NCBI GenBank assembly: GCA_963741955.1
Contig: CAVUKB010000005.1
Location: 1,056,001 to 1,120,000 of the forward strand
From: an uncultured Acidobacteriota bacterium
GTDB taxonomy: Bacteria > Acidobacteriota > Thermoanaerobaculia > Gp7-AA8
Direction: 5' to 3'
DNA: 64,000 bases
Part shown: positions 32,751 through 42,689 of the stretch, in pieces
Position numbering within the stretch: the stretch's first letter is position 1
Layout: each line of letters begins with the position of its first letter
Position numbers and translations under genes: made by a program
Notes under the pieces: model-generated
Told to the model about the DNA's origin: nothing
The model's database searches: none
The model's input: the letters and a program-made list of their open reading frames with translations, nothing else

Positions 32751-34880
32751 TCATCCGCCGGCGACGCGTCTCGCCTGAAGCTCCTTCAGCGCAGCGAGAA
32801 CCCGCTCCGGCGTCATCGGAAGCCGGTAGAGGCGCGCACCGGTCGCATCGAACACGCCGTTCGCGATCACCGCGCCCATCGGGACGATTGCCGGCTCGCC
32901 ACCACCCTGCGGAGCGACGTCGTCGTTCTTCACCAGAACCGTCTCGATCTTCGGCAGAGTGGAGAAGCGCGGAAGCTCGTACGTCCCGAAGTTCTGGTCG
33001 AGGATCTCCCCTCCATGGAATCGCAGTTCCTCCGTGAGGGGGTAGCCGAGGCCCATGGTCATGCAGCCTTCCATCTGCATCTTCGCGCCGACCGGGTTGA
33101 CGACGATGCCCATGTCCTGTGCCGCGAGGATCCGCTTCACCCGAATGGTTCCCTTCGACGGATCGACGTCGACGTCGGCCATCAGAGCGACATAGCTTCC
33201 GGCGTCGATGCCGCACGCGAGTCCCCGCCCCTTTCCGGTCGGCCCCGCTCCCGGCTTCCAGCCGAACGCGTCCGCCGCGGTCTGCAGAACCTTGCGCATC
33301 CGCGGGTCGGTGGTATTGCGCAGACGGAACTCAAGCGGATCGATTCCCGCTGCAGCCGCCATCATGTCGATCTGCGACTCGGCGGCGAAGACGTTCGCAT
33401 TCGCGCCGGGAGCGCGCCACGCCCCGACCGCGAACGGATGGAGGCTCTCGTTCCCCATCCAGCCGCCGTATGCGCGGATGCTGGCATTGGGAACGTCGTA
33501 GAAGAGATCCGTCCCGCGGCTTCCGGCCGCATAGACACCGTAGTCCCACAGAGTGATCTTCCCGGCGGGATCGACGGCGGAGACGATCCTGATCACCGAG
33601 GCCGGATCAAAGGTGTCGTAAAAGAACTCCTCTTCGCGGGACCAGCGGACCTGGACCGGCTTCCCGCTGATCTTCGCCAGCTTCGCCGCTTCGATCGCCT
33701 GCCCGCTCGCGCTCTTCCCGCCGAATCCGCCACCGACGTAGGGCGTGATCACGCGAACCTTCTCCTTCGCCAGACCGAGCTCCTTCGCGATCCGGTCCCG
33801 CGTCGGGAACGGCGTCTGGGTTCCCGCCCAGACGGTCATCTTTCCGTCCTTCATCTCCGCGATCGCGGTGTGCGGTTCCATCGGCGCGTGTGCGTGGTAC
33901 GCGGTACGGAATGTCGACTCGAAGAGCTTTCCTCCCGCGGTGCGCGCCGCGACCGGGTCGCCTCGCTTCTCCTTCACTTCCGGCGCGGGAGCAGCTTTCA
34001 CCAGATGTTCGAAGATCGTCTCGCCGTCGAGATCCGATTTCGGGACGTCCCATTTCGCATCGATCTTCCCGAGCGCCGCATCCGCAGCTTCCGGGTCGGC
34101 GGCGAGGACCGCGATCAGTCCGTCCTGGTTCACCAGGGTGACACCGGCGATCTTTCCCGCGGCGGTCGTGTCGGCGCTCTTCAGAGTCGCGCCGTGCGCG
34201 GGCGGACGGAGGATTCGCGCGTAGAGCATTCCCGGGACGCGGATGTCGCCGGCGTACTTCGCGGCGCCGGTGACTTTCTCGCGGGCATCGAGACGCGTCG
34301 GCGACTGTCCCATGATCTGGAATTCCGAGACCTTCCGCAGCACCGCTTTCTCGTCGACCAGGCGCGCGATCTTCTTTCCCTTCGCCAGCTCGCCGTAAGT
34401 GACCTTCCTGGACGGACTCCCCACCACCGAGACGACACCGTCCTTCGCAGTCACGTTCGCCTTCGGGACTCCGAGCTTCTTCGCTCCGAGCTCGAGCATC
34501 GCTTCACGCCCCTCCGCCGCGCCGGCGCGGAGCGCGGGACCGAACATGCGAGTGGTGAGCGAGCCGAACGTCCCCATGTCCCAGGGGCACGTATCCGTAT
34601 CTCCCATCACCATGTCGATCGAGGCGAGCGCCACTCCGAGCTCCTCGGCGGCCATCTGCGCCTGCGAGGTCATCACCCCCTGTCCCATCTCGATCTTCCC
34701 GGTGAAGATCGTCACCCGTCCGTCCTCACCGATCCTCAGATACGCGTTGAGGTCTTCCGGGTAGATGCGGCGGCGGTCCTGTGAGAAGAGATCCGTGGGA
34801 CCGAGCGCGATACAGACGACCACGCCTCCGCCGACGAGCCTGAAGAACGTGCGACGGTCCATTCCACCAGCGTCGCTCAT
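32751..34880 (-). CDS. iorB: Isoquinoline 1-oxidoreductase beta-like molybdopterin-binding subunit
   Basis: Tat-like DRRTFF, GKIEMGQG, HAPMEP, GGGFGGK, WRAPG, GGGEPAIVP. Confidence 0.8.
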   Translation of the reverse strand: MSDAGGMDRRTFFRLVGGGVVVCIALGPTDLFSQDRRRIYPEDLNAYLRIGEDGRVTIFTGKIEMGQGVMTSQAQMAAEELGVALASIDMVMGDTDTCPWDMGTFGSLTTRMFGPALRAGAAEGREAMLELGAKKLGVPKANVTAKDGVVSVVGSPSRKVTYGELAKGKKIARLVDEKAVLRKVSEFQIMGQSPTRLDAREKVTGAAKYAGDIRVPGMLYARILRPPAHGATLKSADTTAAGKIAGVTLVNQDGLIAVLAADPEAADAALGKIDAKWDVPKSDLDGETIFEHLVKAAPAPEVKEKRGDPVAARTAGGKLFESTFRTAYHAHAPMEPHTAIAEMKDGKMTVWAGTQTPFPTRDRIAKELGLAKEKVRVITPYVGGGFGGKSASGQAIEAAKLAKISGKPVQVRWSREEEFFYDTFDPASVIRIVSAVDPAGKITLWDYGVYAAGSRGTDLFYDVPNASIRAYGGWMGNESLHPFAVGAWRAPGANANVFAAESQIDMMAAAAGIDPLEFRLRNTTDPRMRKVLQTAADAFGWKPGAGPTGKGRGLACGIDAGSYVALMADVDVDPSKGTIRVKRILAAQDMGIVVNPVGAKMQMEGCMTMGLGYPLTEELRFHGGEILDQNFGTYELPRFSTLPKIETVLVKNDDVAPQGGGEPAIVPMGAVIANGVFDATGARLYRLPMTPERVLAALKELQARRVAGG

Positions 34881-35353
34881 GACCGTTCTCCTTTCGTTCC
34901 CGCGACCGCTTCGATCGCGGCGATGATCCGCTGGTGCGCACCGCACCGGCAGAGGTTGTCGTTCATCCCGTCGACGATCTCTGCGCGCGAGGGATGCGGC
35001 TTCTCACGCAGCAGGGCGTACGCATTCATGATCATCCCCGACGTGCAGTAACCGCACTGGAATCCGCCGTGCTCGACGAACGCCTCCTGGATCGGATGGA
35101 GCCGTTCGCCTTTCGCGAGCCCCTCGATGGTCGTGACTTCCTTCCCCGCGACCTCGGCGAGCGAGGTCTGGCAGGAACGGACCGCCTCGCCATCGACGAC
35201 CACGGTGCAGGATCCGCAGATCCCTTCTCCACAGCCGTACTTCGTGCCGGTCAGGTCGAGGTCGGTACGAAGAACCCACAGCAGGCGGCGCTCGTCGTCG
35301 GTGTTCAGTGTGACGGGACGGCCGTTGAGACGAAACCGGATGCTCTTTTTCAT
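34877..35353 (-). CDS. iorA: (2Fe-2S)-binding small subunit
   Basis: GTKYGCGEGICGSCTV, QCGYCTSG, NLCRCG; ATGA overlap with the large subunit. Confidence 0.85.
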   Translation of the reverse strand: MKKSIRFRLNGRPVTLNTDDERRLLWVLRTDLDLTGTKYGCGEGICGSCTVVVDGEAVRSCQTSLAEVAGKEVTTIEGLAKGERLHPIQEAFVEHGGFQCGYCTSGMIMNAYALLREKPHPSRAEIVDGMNDNLCRCGAHQRIIAAIEAVAGTKGERS

Positions 35354-35429
35354 GCAAGCTCCCTTCGTCGAACGCGGGAGAACGTTCCCCGCCATCCTAA
35401 CGCAATGCGGAGGAATGGGGGGAGCGCGG

Positions 35430-35525
35430 CGCGATGTGGGTCGCGCGCCGTGGGTCGCGCAATGTGGGTCGCGCGCCGTGGGTCGCGCGTCTCGCGCGAT
35501 GTGGGTCGCGCGTCTCGCGCGATGG
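35430..35525. repeat. Short tandem GTGGGTCGCGC-type tract
   Basis: About five copies in the divergent intergenic region. Confidence 0.75.
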
Positions 35526-35634
35526 CGAGCGGCGTCCCGCCGCGAGCGACGCCTGAACGACGTCCGCGGCCCTCGCCACGATCGCGTTCTCGCCCCCCCC
35601 GAAACCCACCAGGCACGAAACTCGTATTCAAGGC

Positions 35635-36537
35635 GTGACCCCTCTCCAACGGCTCCGCTCCGCGACCAGGCTCGGGATCCTTTTCTCCGGTGGATCCTCC
35701 CGCTGCATCTTTCAGGTCGGAGTGATGGAGGCGCTTCATGAGCTCGGCATCCAGCCGAGCGTCTGTCTCGGCGTGTCCGGAGGGGCGTGGAACGCGGCGG
35801 CAGTCGCGGTCGGGAACGTGCAGCGTCTCCGGGCCTACTGGCGCTTCTTCTGGCGGATGCCGTACCTCGATCTGCGGAACCTCCTGCGCGAGCACTCACC
35901 GTTCATCTGGTCCCGGCTTCATGAGCGTGCGTTCGAGCGCTATGTCGGGAACGAGCGGATCCGCGCCACGACCACTCTCCCACTTTACGTCGCACTCACC
36001 CGCCTCCGCGATCGAACCTCGATGATCTTCGACGTCCGTGAGTCGGCCGATCCGTTGCGGCTGCTGATCGCGAGCAACTACCTTCCCCCGTTCTTCACAC
36101 ACGCGCCGCGTCTGGAGGGGGAACGCTATGGCGACGGCGGCTTCTCCGACAATCTTCCTTACGAAAGCCTCTTCGACCTCGGCTGCGACGCGGTGATCGT
36201 TCTCGCGTCGAAGGGGGAGAGCGAGGGTGGGCTGTTTCGCAATCGCGAAGATTACGATCACGTCATCTCTAATCCGTTCCGTGATCGGGTCGTGGTGATC
36301 CGGCCGCGTCACCGGCTCCCGCTCGGCTTCGTCGAGCGCCGCTGGGAAAGGCTCGCTCCGATCGCGAATCTCGGATCGCGGCGAACGCGCGAAATCCTGC
36401 TCGGCGAAGAAGATACGGACTACGTCGTGCCACCGGGCAGACCGAGCCCGTCGGTCGTCTTTCTCCGTATCCGCGACTGGACGCGAACGCGATTCGACAC
36501 CCGCCGCGCGACGAACGACACGCCTCCGCGATCGTGA
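35635..36537 (+). CDS. Patatin-like phospholipase
   Basis: SGGSSR, GVSGG (GxSxG), DGG. Confidence 0.82.
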   Translation: MTPLQRLRSATRLGILFSGGSSRCIFQVGVMEALHELGIQPSVCLGVSGGAWNAAAVAVGNVQRLRAYWRFFWRMPYLDLRNLLREHSPFIWSRLHERAFERYVGNERIRATTTLPLYVALTRLRDRTSMIFDVRESADPLRLLIASNYLPPFFTHAPRLEGERYGDGGFSDNLPYESLFDLGCDAVIVLASKGESEGGLFRNREDYDHVISNPFRDRVVVIRPRHRLPLGFVERRWERLAPIANLGSRRTREILLGEEDTDYVVPPGRPSPSVVFLRIRDWTRTRFDTRRATNDTPPRS

Positions 36538-36615
36538 GCCGCATCACGAACGTTCTGCCCGCTTCGACGTGCATCTCCGCTCCTATCGGTGCAGAATAGA
36601 AATCGGAGGTGAGCC

Positions 36616-36855
36616 ATGGCCCGGGGATGGGAAAGCAAGTCGGTCGAGGCGCAGATCGAAGAAGGATCCGTCGCAGAAATGACGACGGCCGAAACCGAGG
36701 CAGTCGAAGCGGAGCGCAAGCGGAAGCGCGACAGCATCGAGATGTCGCGACGGCGTGTGAAGCACGACCTGGAGGCGACGCAGTCGGACGTCCACCGCAC
36801 CGCGCTCCAGAACGCGCTCGCATTTCTCGATGCCGAGTTGAAGAAGCTGAACTGA
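36616..36855 (+). CDS. Small conserved hypothetical protein
   Basis: MARGWESKSVEAQ...; GGAGGT RBS. Confidence 0.75.
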   Translation: MARGWESKSVEAQIEEGSVAEMTTAETEAVEAERKRKRDSIEMSRRRVKHDLEATQSDVHRTALQNALAFLDAELKKLN

Positions 36856-36867
36856 GCGTCCAGCCGC

Positions 36868-37311
36868 TCAGAGTCTCAGCAGTGGCCGGCCGTACGGCAG
36901 GAAAGGCCACGGAATCGTCGCAATCATGATCAGCAGCGCGATCGCGAACATGATCGCCGGTTTTCTGCTCCCACCGCGCTTCATCATCACGTTCCCGATG
37001 TGTACGAGGATGATCGCGACGACCATCCCGAAGTCGTGCTCGATGGCCCAGAAGCGCGTGGTCGGGTCCTGCATCCCCGCCGCGGGATTCGCGAAGAACG
37101 CGGAGATCCACGGCGTCACGACGTAGAGGACCACGCCGAGGAGCAGCTGGATGTCGACGCTCATCATGAAGAAAAGCGACGCGCGACGGGCGAGGGAGCG
37201 AGGCTCCGAGTGGCGCGAGACTCCGAATGCGCTGACCACTGCGAGCAGCCCGAGCGCGAGGACGATCCACCGATTCCAGGAATGGAGATCGAGCAGGATT
37301 TGATACAACAT
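36868..37311 (-). CDS. Four-TM membrane protein (cytochrome b-like)
   Basis: LHSWNRW, DIQLLLG, RFWAIEH, LVHIG, IPWPF. Confidence 0.7.
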   Translation of the reverse strand: MLYQILLDLHSWNRWIVLALGLLAVVSAFGVSRHSEPRSLARRASLFFMMSVDIQLLLGVVLYVVTPWISAFFANPAAGMQDPTTRFWAIEHDFGMVVAIILVHIGNVMMKRGGSRKPAIMFAIALLIMIATIPWPFLPYGRPLLRL

Positions 37312-37420
37312 CGATGCGCCTCCGTTACCGGACGCCTTCGGCATCCGATCCGGGACGCATCATACCGGTTCTTGCCGCGCTCTGCCGATCAGGAGTCTGC
37401 GCGGTAGAAACTTTCTGTTG

Positions 37421-37579
37421 CTAACAGGGATCGTCACGCTCGCCGAACGAGTTCGGGTCCTCGCGGAACGAGTGCCGCTTCCTCGAAGTCGCGCTCCGCG
37501 GTTTGCGACGGTCTCCGCCGCTTCGTCGCTCTTCGATCCGGTTGCCTTCCTCTTTCTCTGCATTCTTCTCGCGTTTCAT
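37421..37579 (-). CDS. 52-aa charged hypothetical protein (not in the ORF track)
   Basis: GGAGG RBS 4 nt before ATG; MKREKNAEKEEGNRIEERRSGGDRRK... Confidence 0.45.
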   Translation of the reverse strand: MKREKNAEKEEGNRIEERRSGGDRRKPRSATSRKRHSFREDPNSFGERDDPC

Positions 37580-37842
37580 CGTTCCTCCAGCTGAGACTCC
37601 TTATCGCAAGAGCCGTACCGGAAGGGCGACGGCGGCGAGAATGCGGAGATGCCGCGGCCCGGAGCGGAAGGAGGTCGAGCGGCTCCGTGGGCGATCTCAC
37701 CTGGGCGATTTGCCATAGCCCGTCCGGGCGTCTTCCATGAGAACGATCACGGTGCCGGAACGAGCAGCGGCTTCGTGAGCGATCTCATTTGCGCGATTTG
37801 AAGACACCGGCACTCGGTTTCGCACAGCTCTCCTTGCTCGAC

Positions 37843-38650
37843 GCCCTTCGCCGAGCCGACAACGCGATGACCGCGCCCCTCCGCGGGACGCACCCTCTCC
37901 CCGTCCGGGATCATGTCTTCAGCCGAGGACCGACATTCGGGGAGAGGGAAGGGTGAGGGGCAACCCCGAAAGTCGAAGCCGAAGATCGTGCAACCCAGCC
38001 CGCCCTTCGCCGAGCCGACAACGCGATGACCGCGCCCCTCGGCGGGACGCACCCTCTCCCCGTCCGGGGTCACGTCTTCAGCCGAGGACCGACATTCGGG
38101 GAGAGGGAAGGGTGAGGGGCAACCCCCAAAGTCGAAGCCGAAGATCGTGCAATCCAGCCCGCCCTTCGCCGAGCCGACAACGCGATGACCGCGCCCCTCG
38201 GCGGGACGCACCCTCTCCCCGTCCGGGGTCATGTCTTCAGCCGAGGACCGACATTCGGGGAGAGGGAAGGGTGAGGGGCAACCCCGAAAGTCGAAGCCGA
38301 AGATCGTGCAACCCAGCCCGCCCTTCGCCGAGCCGACAACGCGATGACCGCGCCCCTCGGCGGGACGCACCCTCTCCCCGTCCGGGGTCATGTCTTCAGC
38401 CGAGGACCAACATTCGGGGAGAGGGAAGGGTGAGGGGCAACCCTGAAAGTCGAAGCCGAAGATCGTGCAACCCAGCCCGCCCTTCGCCGAGCCGACAACG
38501 CGATGACCGCGCCCCTCGGCGGGACGCACCCTCTCCCCGTCCGGGGTCATGTCTTCAGCCGAGGACCAACATTCGGGGAGAGGGAAGGGTGAGGGGCAAC
38601 ACTGAAAGTCGAAGCCGAAGATCGTGCAAGCCAGCCCGCCCTTCGCCGAC
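37843..38650. repeat. 159-bp tandem repeat x5 containing a CCCTCTCCCC...GGGGAGAGGG REP-like hairpin
   Basis: Units start at 37843, 38002, 38161, 38320, 38479; partial unit at 38638. Confidence 0.95.
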
Positions 38651-38673
38651 GCGCTGGCGTATGATTTTCGACC

Positions 38674-39003
38674 ATGGACAAACCTCTGGAATCGGATTGG
38701 AAAGTATTCCATAAGCGCGTCCCGGAATGGCGCGAGCGTTACCTCGACACGGCGGACGCGGAGATTGCATCGATCCTCTCGAGTCGAAAGGGCTCGCCGA
38801 CCGATCGGTTCTGGGAGGCGAAAGAGAAGGCCGACGGGATCGCGAATACTCTCCACATCCTCCTCGACGACCACTCGCGCTCGAAGATGGACTGGGCTCT
38901 CGTGCTGATGTATGCACACGGATTCATCGGAGACGACGACCTCGGCGAATTCAGCCAGCCGCTCGCCGGACGGATCCGGAGCGCTTCGCACCTGAAGCGA
39001 TGA
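38674..39003 (+). CDS. Hypothetical protein
   Basis: MDKPLESDWKVFHKRVPEWRERYL...HSRSKM...GFIGDDDLGEFS; protein-like composition. Confidence 0.7.
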   Translation: MDKPLESDWKVFHKRVPEWRERYLDTADAEIASILSSRKGSPTDRFWEAKEKADGIANTLHILLDDHSRSKMDWALVLMYAHGFIGDDDLGEFSQPLAGRIRSASHLKR

Positions 39004-39091
39004 ACCCGAAAGGGGCGCGCGAACGCGCCAGTCGTCCCGCTCATCTCCCGCGACGGGAGCGACTGGAGCGACTGCGGAGTCGAACGGAAAT

Positions 39092-39120
39092 ATACGTATG
39101 CCTGGTACGATTATACGTAT
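39092..39120 (+). promoter_or_regulatory. Putative TA operator/promoter
   Basis: Two ATACGTAT palindromes 21 bp apart flank a TACGAT -10-like box just before the antitoxin GTG. Confidence 0.55.
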
Positions 39121-39121
39121 C

Positions 39122-39352
39122 GTGAAAACGAAGCTGACGATCACGGTCGATGAAAAGTTGCTTCCCCGGGCGAAGCGTGCTGCGCGGCGACGAGGGGTTT
39201 CGCTTTCGAGCGTGATCGAGGAGAGCCTGAAACGGCTCGCGACACCGGACGGCGATTTCGTCGCAAAGTGGAGGGGCGGCTTTCGGGCTCGGACCGGGCG
39301 CAATCCTCGCCTGGAGTACCTGAAGAGGAAGTACCTTGCGGATTCTGATTGA
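39122..39352 (+). CDS. Ribbon-helix-helix (DUF6364-like) antitoxin
   Basis: MKTKLTITVDEKLLPRAKRAARRRGVSLSSVIEE; overlaps the PIN gene. Confidence 0.8.
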   Translation: MKTKLTITVDEKLLPRAKRAARRRGVSLSSVIEESLKRLATPDGDFVAKWRGGFRARTGRNPRLEYLKRKYLADSD

Positions 39353-39749
39353 TACGGACGTCCTGCTCGATCTCGCCCTCGACCGTGCTCCGCATGCGGA
39401 AGCCGCATCCCGAGTTCTCGAAAGGGTGGAGAACGGGGCGGTATCGGCGGTCGTCGCGTGGCACACCATCTCGAATCTGTACTATCTGCTCGCTTCGTTT
39501 GCTGACCGAAAGAAAGCTCTGAACTTCATCCGGGACCTGATCGGCATCGTCGAGGTGGCCCCGACCGGCACTGCAGCGCTCCGCACGGCTTTGAATCTCG
39601 GAATGAACGACTTCGAAGATGCCATGCAGGTCGCCGCCGCCCTTGCGGCAGGAGTCGACGTGATCGTCACCCGAAACGTGGGCGATTTCCGCAAAGCGCC
39701 GTTGCGCGCGATCCGACCTGCGGATCTCGTCTTCCCCGAACGCGAGTGA
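39336..39749 (+). CDS. vapC: PIN-domain toxin
   Basis: ILIDTDVLLD, DFEDAMQ, IVTRNVGDF. Confidence 0.88.
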   Translation: MRILIDTDVLLDLALDRAPHAEAASRVLERVENGAVSAVVAWHTISNLYYLLASFADRKKALNFIRDLIGIVEVAPTGTAALRTALNLGMNDFEDAMQVAAALAAGVDVIVTRNVGDFRKAPLRAIRPADLVFPERE

Positions 39750-39789
39750 TCGAAGAAGCGAATGAACCGCTTCCCGTGGCTTCAAGAAC

Positions 39790-40615
39790 GCCACCACCCA
39801 TCCCCACTCGCGCCGCATCCCTCTCCCCGTCCGGGGTCATGTCTTCAGCCGAGGGCCGACACTCGGGGAGAGGGAAGGGTGAGGGGCAACCCCGAAAGTC
39901 GAAGCCGAAGCCGAAGCCACTCGCGTCGTCCCCACGAATGGCGAGAGCGAATTCACAATCCGACGAATTCAGAATGCAGAATTCAGAATTCAGAATTCAG
40001 AATTCACGCGCCACACTCCGAACCATCCGCAGTCCGGAACTTTGAGCCCCGTCCCCACGAGCACCACCCACTCCCACTCGCGCGGGCCTCCCCTCTCCCC
40101 GTCCGGGGTCATGTCTTCAGCCGAGGACCGACATTCGGGGAGAGGGAAGGGTGAGGGGCAACCCCGAAAGTCAGATCCGACGCCGAAGCCACTCGCGTCG
40201 TCCCCACGAATGGCGAGAGCGAATTCAAATTCCGACGAATGCAGAATGCAGAATTCAGATTTCAGAATTCACGCGCCACACTCCGAACCATCCCCAGTCC
40301 GGAACTTCAAGCCCCGTCCCCACGAAGCACCACCCTCTCCCTCTCGCGCGGGCCTCCCCCTCTCCCCGTCCGGGTCATGTCTTCAGCCGAGGAACGACAT
40401 TCGGGGAGAGGGAAGGGTGAGGGGCAACCCCGAAAGTCGAAGCCGAAGCCACTCGCGTCATCCCCACGAATGGCGAGAGCGAATTCAAATTCCGACGAAT
40501 GCAGAATGCAGAGTTCAGAATTCAGAATTCAGATTTCACGCGCCACACTCCGAACCATCCGCAGTCCGGACCTTTGAGCCCCGTCCCCACGAAGCACCAC
40601 CCACTCCCACTCGCG
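39790..40615. repeat. ~270-bp tandem repeat x3 sharing a ~90-bp core with the 159-bp unit, plus CAGAATT heptamers
   Basis: Cores start at 39819, 40091 and 40358. Confidence 0.9.
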
Positions 40616-40825
40616 GCTTCCCTCGCGACGCCGAACATAGCGGATCCGATCGGGATTCACGGCGTACTCACGATGAACCCACACCAGGCCGGCCGCCACG
40701 AAGACAGGCAGAGCGACGTCGAACCGTCTCCGATCGATCTTCGGCCTGCTGCGCCTCAGCCGCACGAGCGTGTCCCCTTCCCGGGCTTCGGATGCTTTTG
40801 CGACGGGAACCGCGCAGTTTCGACC
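40605..40825 (-). pseudogene. Internally deleted, truncated copy of the LytTR gene
   Basis: EAREGDTLVRLRRSRPKIDRRRFDVALPVF...YVRRREGSREWE matches 41673-42166; start region and C-terminus are absent. Confidence 0.75.
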
Positions 40826-40966
40826 AGAACGGGACACGCCCCTTCCCCGCCCGCGCGCTCCACACCCACTCCCACTCGCACCGATATAGAATGCGCGCGG
40901 GCTCGATCCCGATCTTCAGCCGCGACGAGCGAGGGTCACACCCGCCACGGTCGCACGGAAGGACTC

Positions 40967-41215
40967 ATGAAACAGGGCATGCTGGAAATTCTCGGAAAGA
41001 CGATCACCGGCGTGGTGGTGAAGGAGCGCGAGGAGACACACGCCGCGCAGAACCAGGTCTTCATCCTCTTCTCGGACGGAACGTATTACGAGCTGTACGG
41101 GGCCCGCATCGAAGGCATCGGGCACTTGAGGGAAGGCGGCAAAGAGGACGTGCGCGAGTACATGTCGAGTGGAAAGATCGTACTCGAAGGACACATTGAA
41201 CGACTCAGTCGCTGA
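40967..41215 (+). CDS. Small hypothetical protein
   Basis: AAGGA RBS; MKQGMLEILGKTITGVVVKE...QVFILFSDGTYYELYG. Confidence 0.7.
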   Translation: MKQGMLEILGKTITGVVVKEREETHAAQNQVFILFSDGTYYELYGARIEGIGHLREGGKEDVREYMSSGKIVLEGHIERLSR

Positions 41216-41672
41216 AGAGGCCGCGGGGGCCACGGCAGGTGTACCTCGAGATGACGGGTGGACAGCGAATCGCTTCTTCGACATGCTTTCCCCCGCACCC
41301 CTCGTCAGCCGGATACCAGGTGCGGCTGCCAACGGAGCGAGGCGTGAGTGCGGGCACCTCCGACACTCACGCCGCGGTTCCTCTGATCCCCCATGCCTCC
41401 GCTCGACGATCGTCGGCCCGAGCTCCTGCCCATGCAGGTCCGACTCTTGACCTCCAAGTGCCCCTCCGCCCACGCTCAAAACTCACTCCCGATCGCGCCG
41501 TCCCCAGTGCCGCAGGGACGACAGACAACAGCCACGGGTGAAGGCGCTCCGCGCCGGAACCCGGGGGTGCGCGGACGAACGACATTTCATCTTGCTCTTC
41601 AAGACGATCCAGACGATCGCCGCACCCTTCGTTCCACGCATCCTTCTGGAGCTCGGCACGGCCCCTCGCCGC

Positions 41673-42166
41673 TCACCCGCCTTCGAACAGCCGGATGATC
41701 TTCGGGTAGTCCTGACGGCTCACCGGGATCACCGCGTTGACCGGCGGGTCGAGGACCATCTCCCACTCGCGGCTTCCCTCGCGACGCCGAACGTAGCGGA
41801 TTCGATCGGGATTCACGGCGTATTCACGATGTACCCGCAGCAGTCCGGCCGCCACGAAGACTGGAAGAGCCACGTCGAACCGCCTCCGATCGATCTTCGG
41901 CCTGCTGCGCCTCAGCCGCACTTGCGACGCCGAACGTAGCGGATTCGATCGGGATTCATGGCGTATTCACGATGTACCCGCAGCAGTCCGGCCGCCACGA
42001 AGACTGGAAGAGCCACGTCGAACCGCCTCCGATCGATCTTCGGCCTGCTGCGCCTCAGCCGCACGAGCGTGTCCCCTTCCCGGGCTTCGATGTAGAAGAC
42101 GTCTCCGACGTCGATCGCCTCACGCGGGCCATCCTCGACGTGAAGTAAAACGCGTTTCGTCTGCAT
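41673..42166 (-). pseudogene. Stand-alone LytTR-domain regulator frameshifted by a 143-bp tandem duplication
   Basis: DVFYIEA, LRVHREYAVN..RI, IPVSR motifs; 41781-41921 is repeated at 41924-42064. Confidence 0.78.
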
Positions 42167-42689
42167 GATCGAACCATTCCGGACCGGAGCGGATGTTTTT
42201 GCGACGGGGATGGCGCAGTTTCGACCCGAGCGGGATATCCCGAGCATCGACCATCCCGACCCGCGGACCATCTCCCGCCTGCAGCCTGGAATTCGGTTCG
42301 CCGGAACTCCCCTCACCTCGACCCGCTGCGTCCCTCCGCTCTTCCATCCGTCGTGCCGGATCTTTTCATTTTCAGGTCTGGCCCTGGACCTTCCACGGCC
42401 GATCTACCGGGCAGGCACGAAGACACCGAGCGACTGGCGCGGGATCGAACGGCGAGAGCGGAACGGCGTGTTGGTGTTCAGTAAGGTCGGGAGAGGCGAA
42501 TGAGCGAGTTACAGAAGACGCCTGCACTCGCGCCTCGTTCCGTCGAGCGCCGCGTCCTGGCATCCAGATGACGAGGGGTGCATTCAGAGTATCGGTCCGA
42601 TGCGGCTGGAAAGTCCAGGGCTGGATCATTCGCCCAGACGGCCCTCAGGATGCGGAGAGCGCCGGATGACGTTGCATCAGCGTTGCCGC

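Noticed and set aside
37747-39408. 553-aa and 253-aa repeat proteins, or a second CRISPR array
   Set aside because: Frames stay open only because 159 is a multiple of 3; the units have no unique spacers.
38650-41215. Integron or attC cassette array
   Set aside because: No integrase and no convincing RYYYAAC...GTTRRRY sites were seen.
42575-42615. Possible orphan repeat of another CRISPR type (GTGCATTCAGAG...GGCTGGAAAG)
   Set aside because: Single copy with no periodicity.
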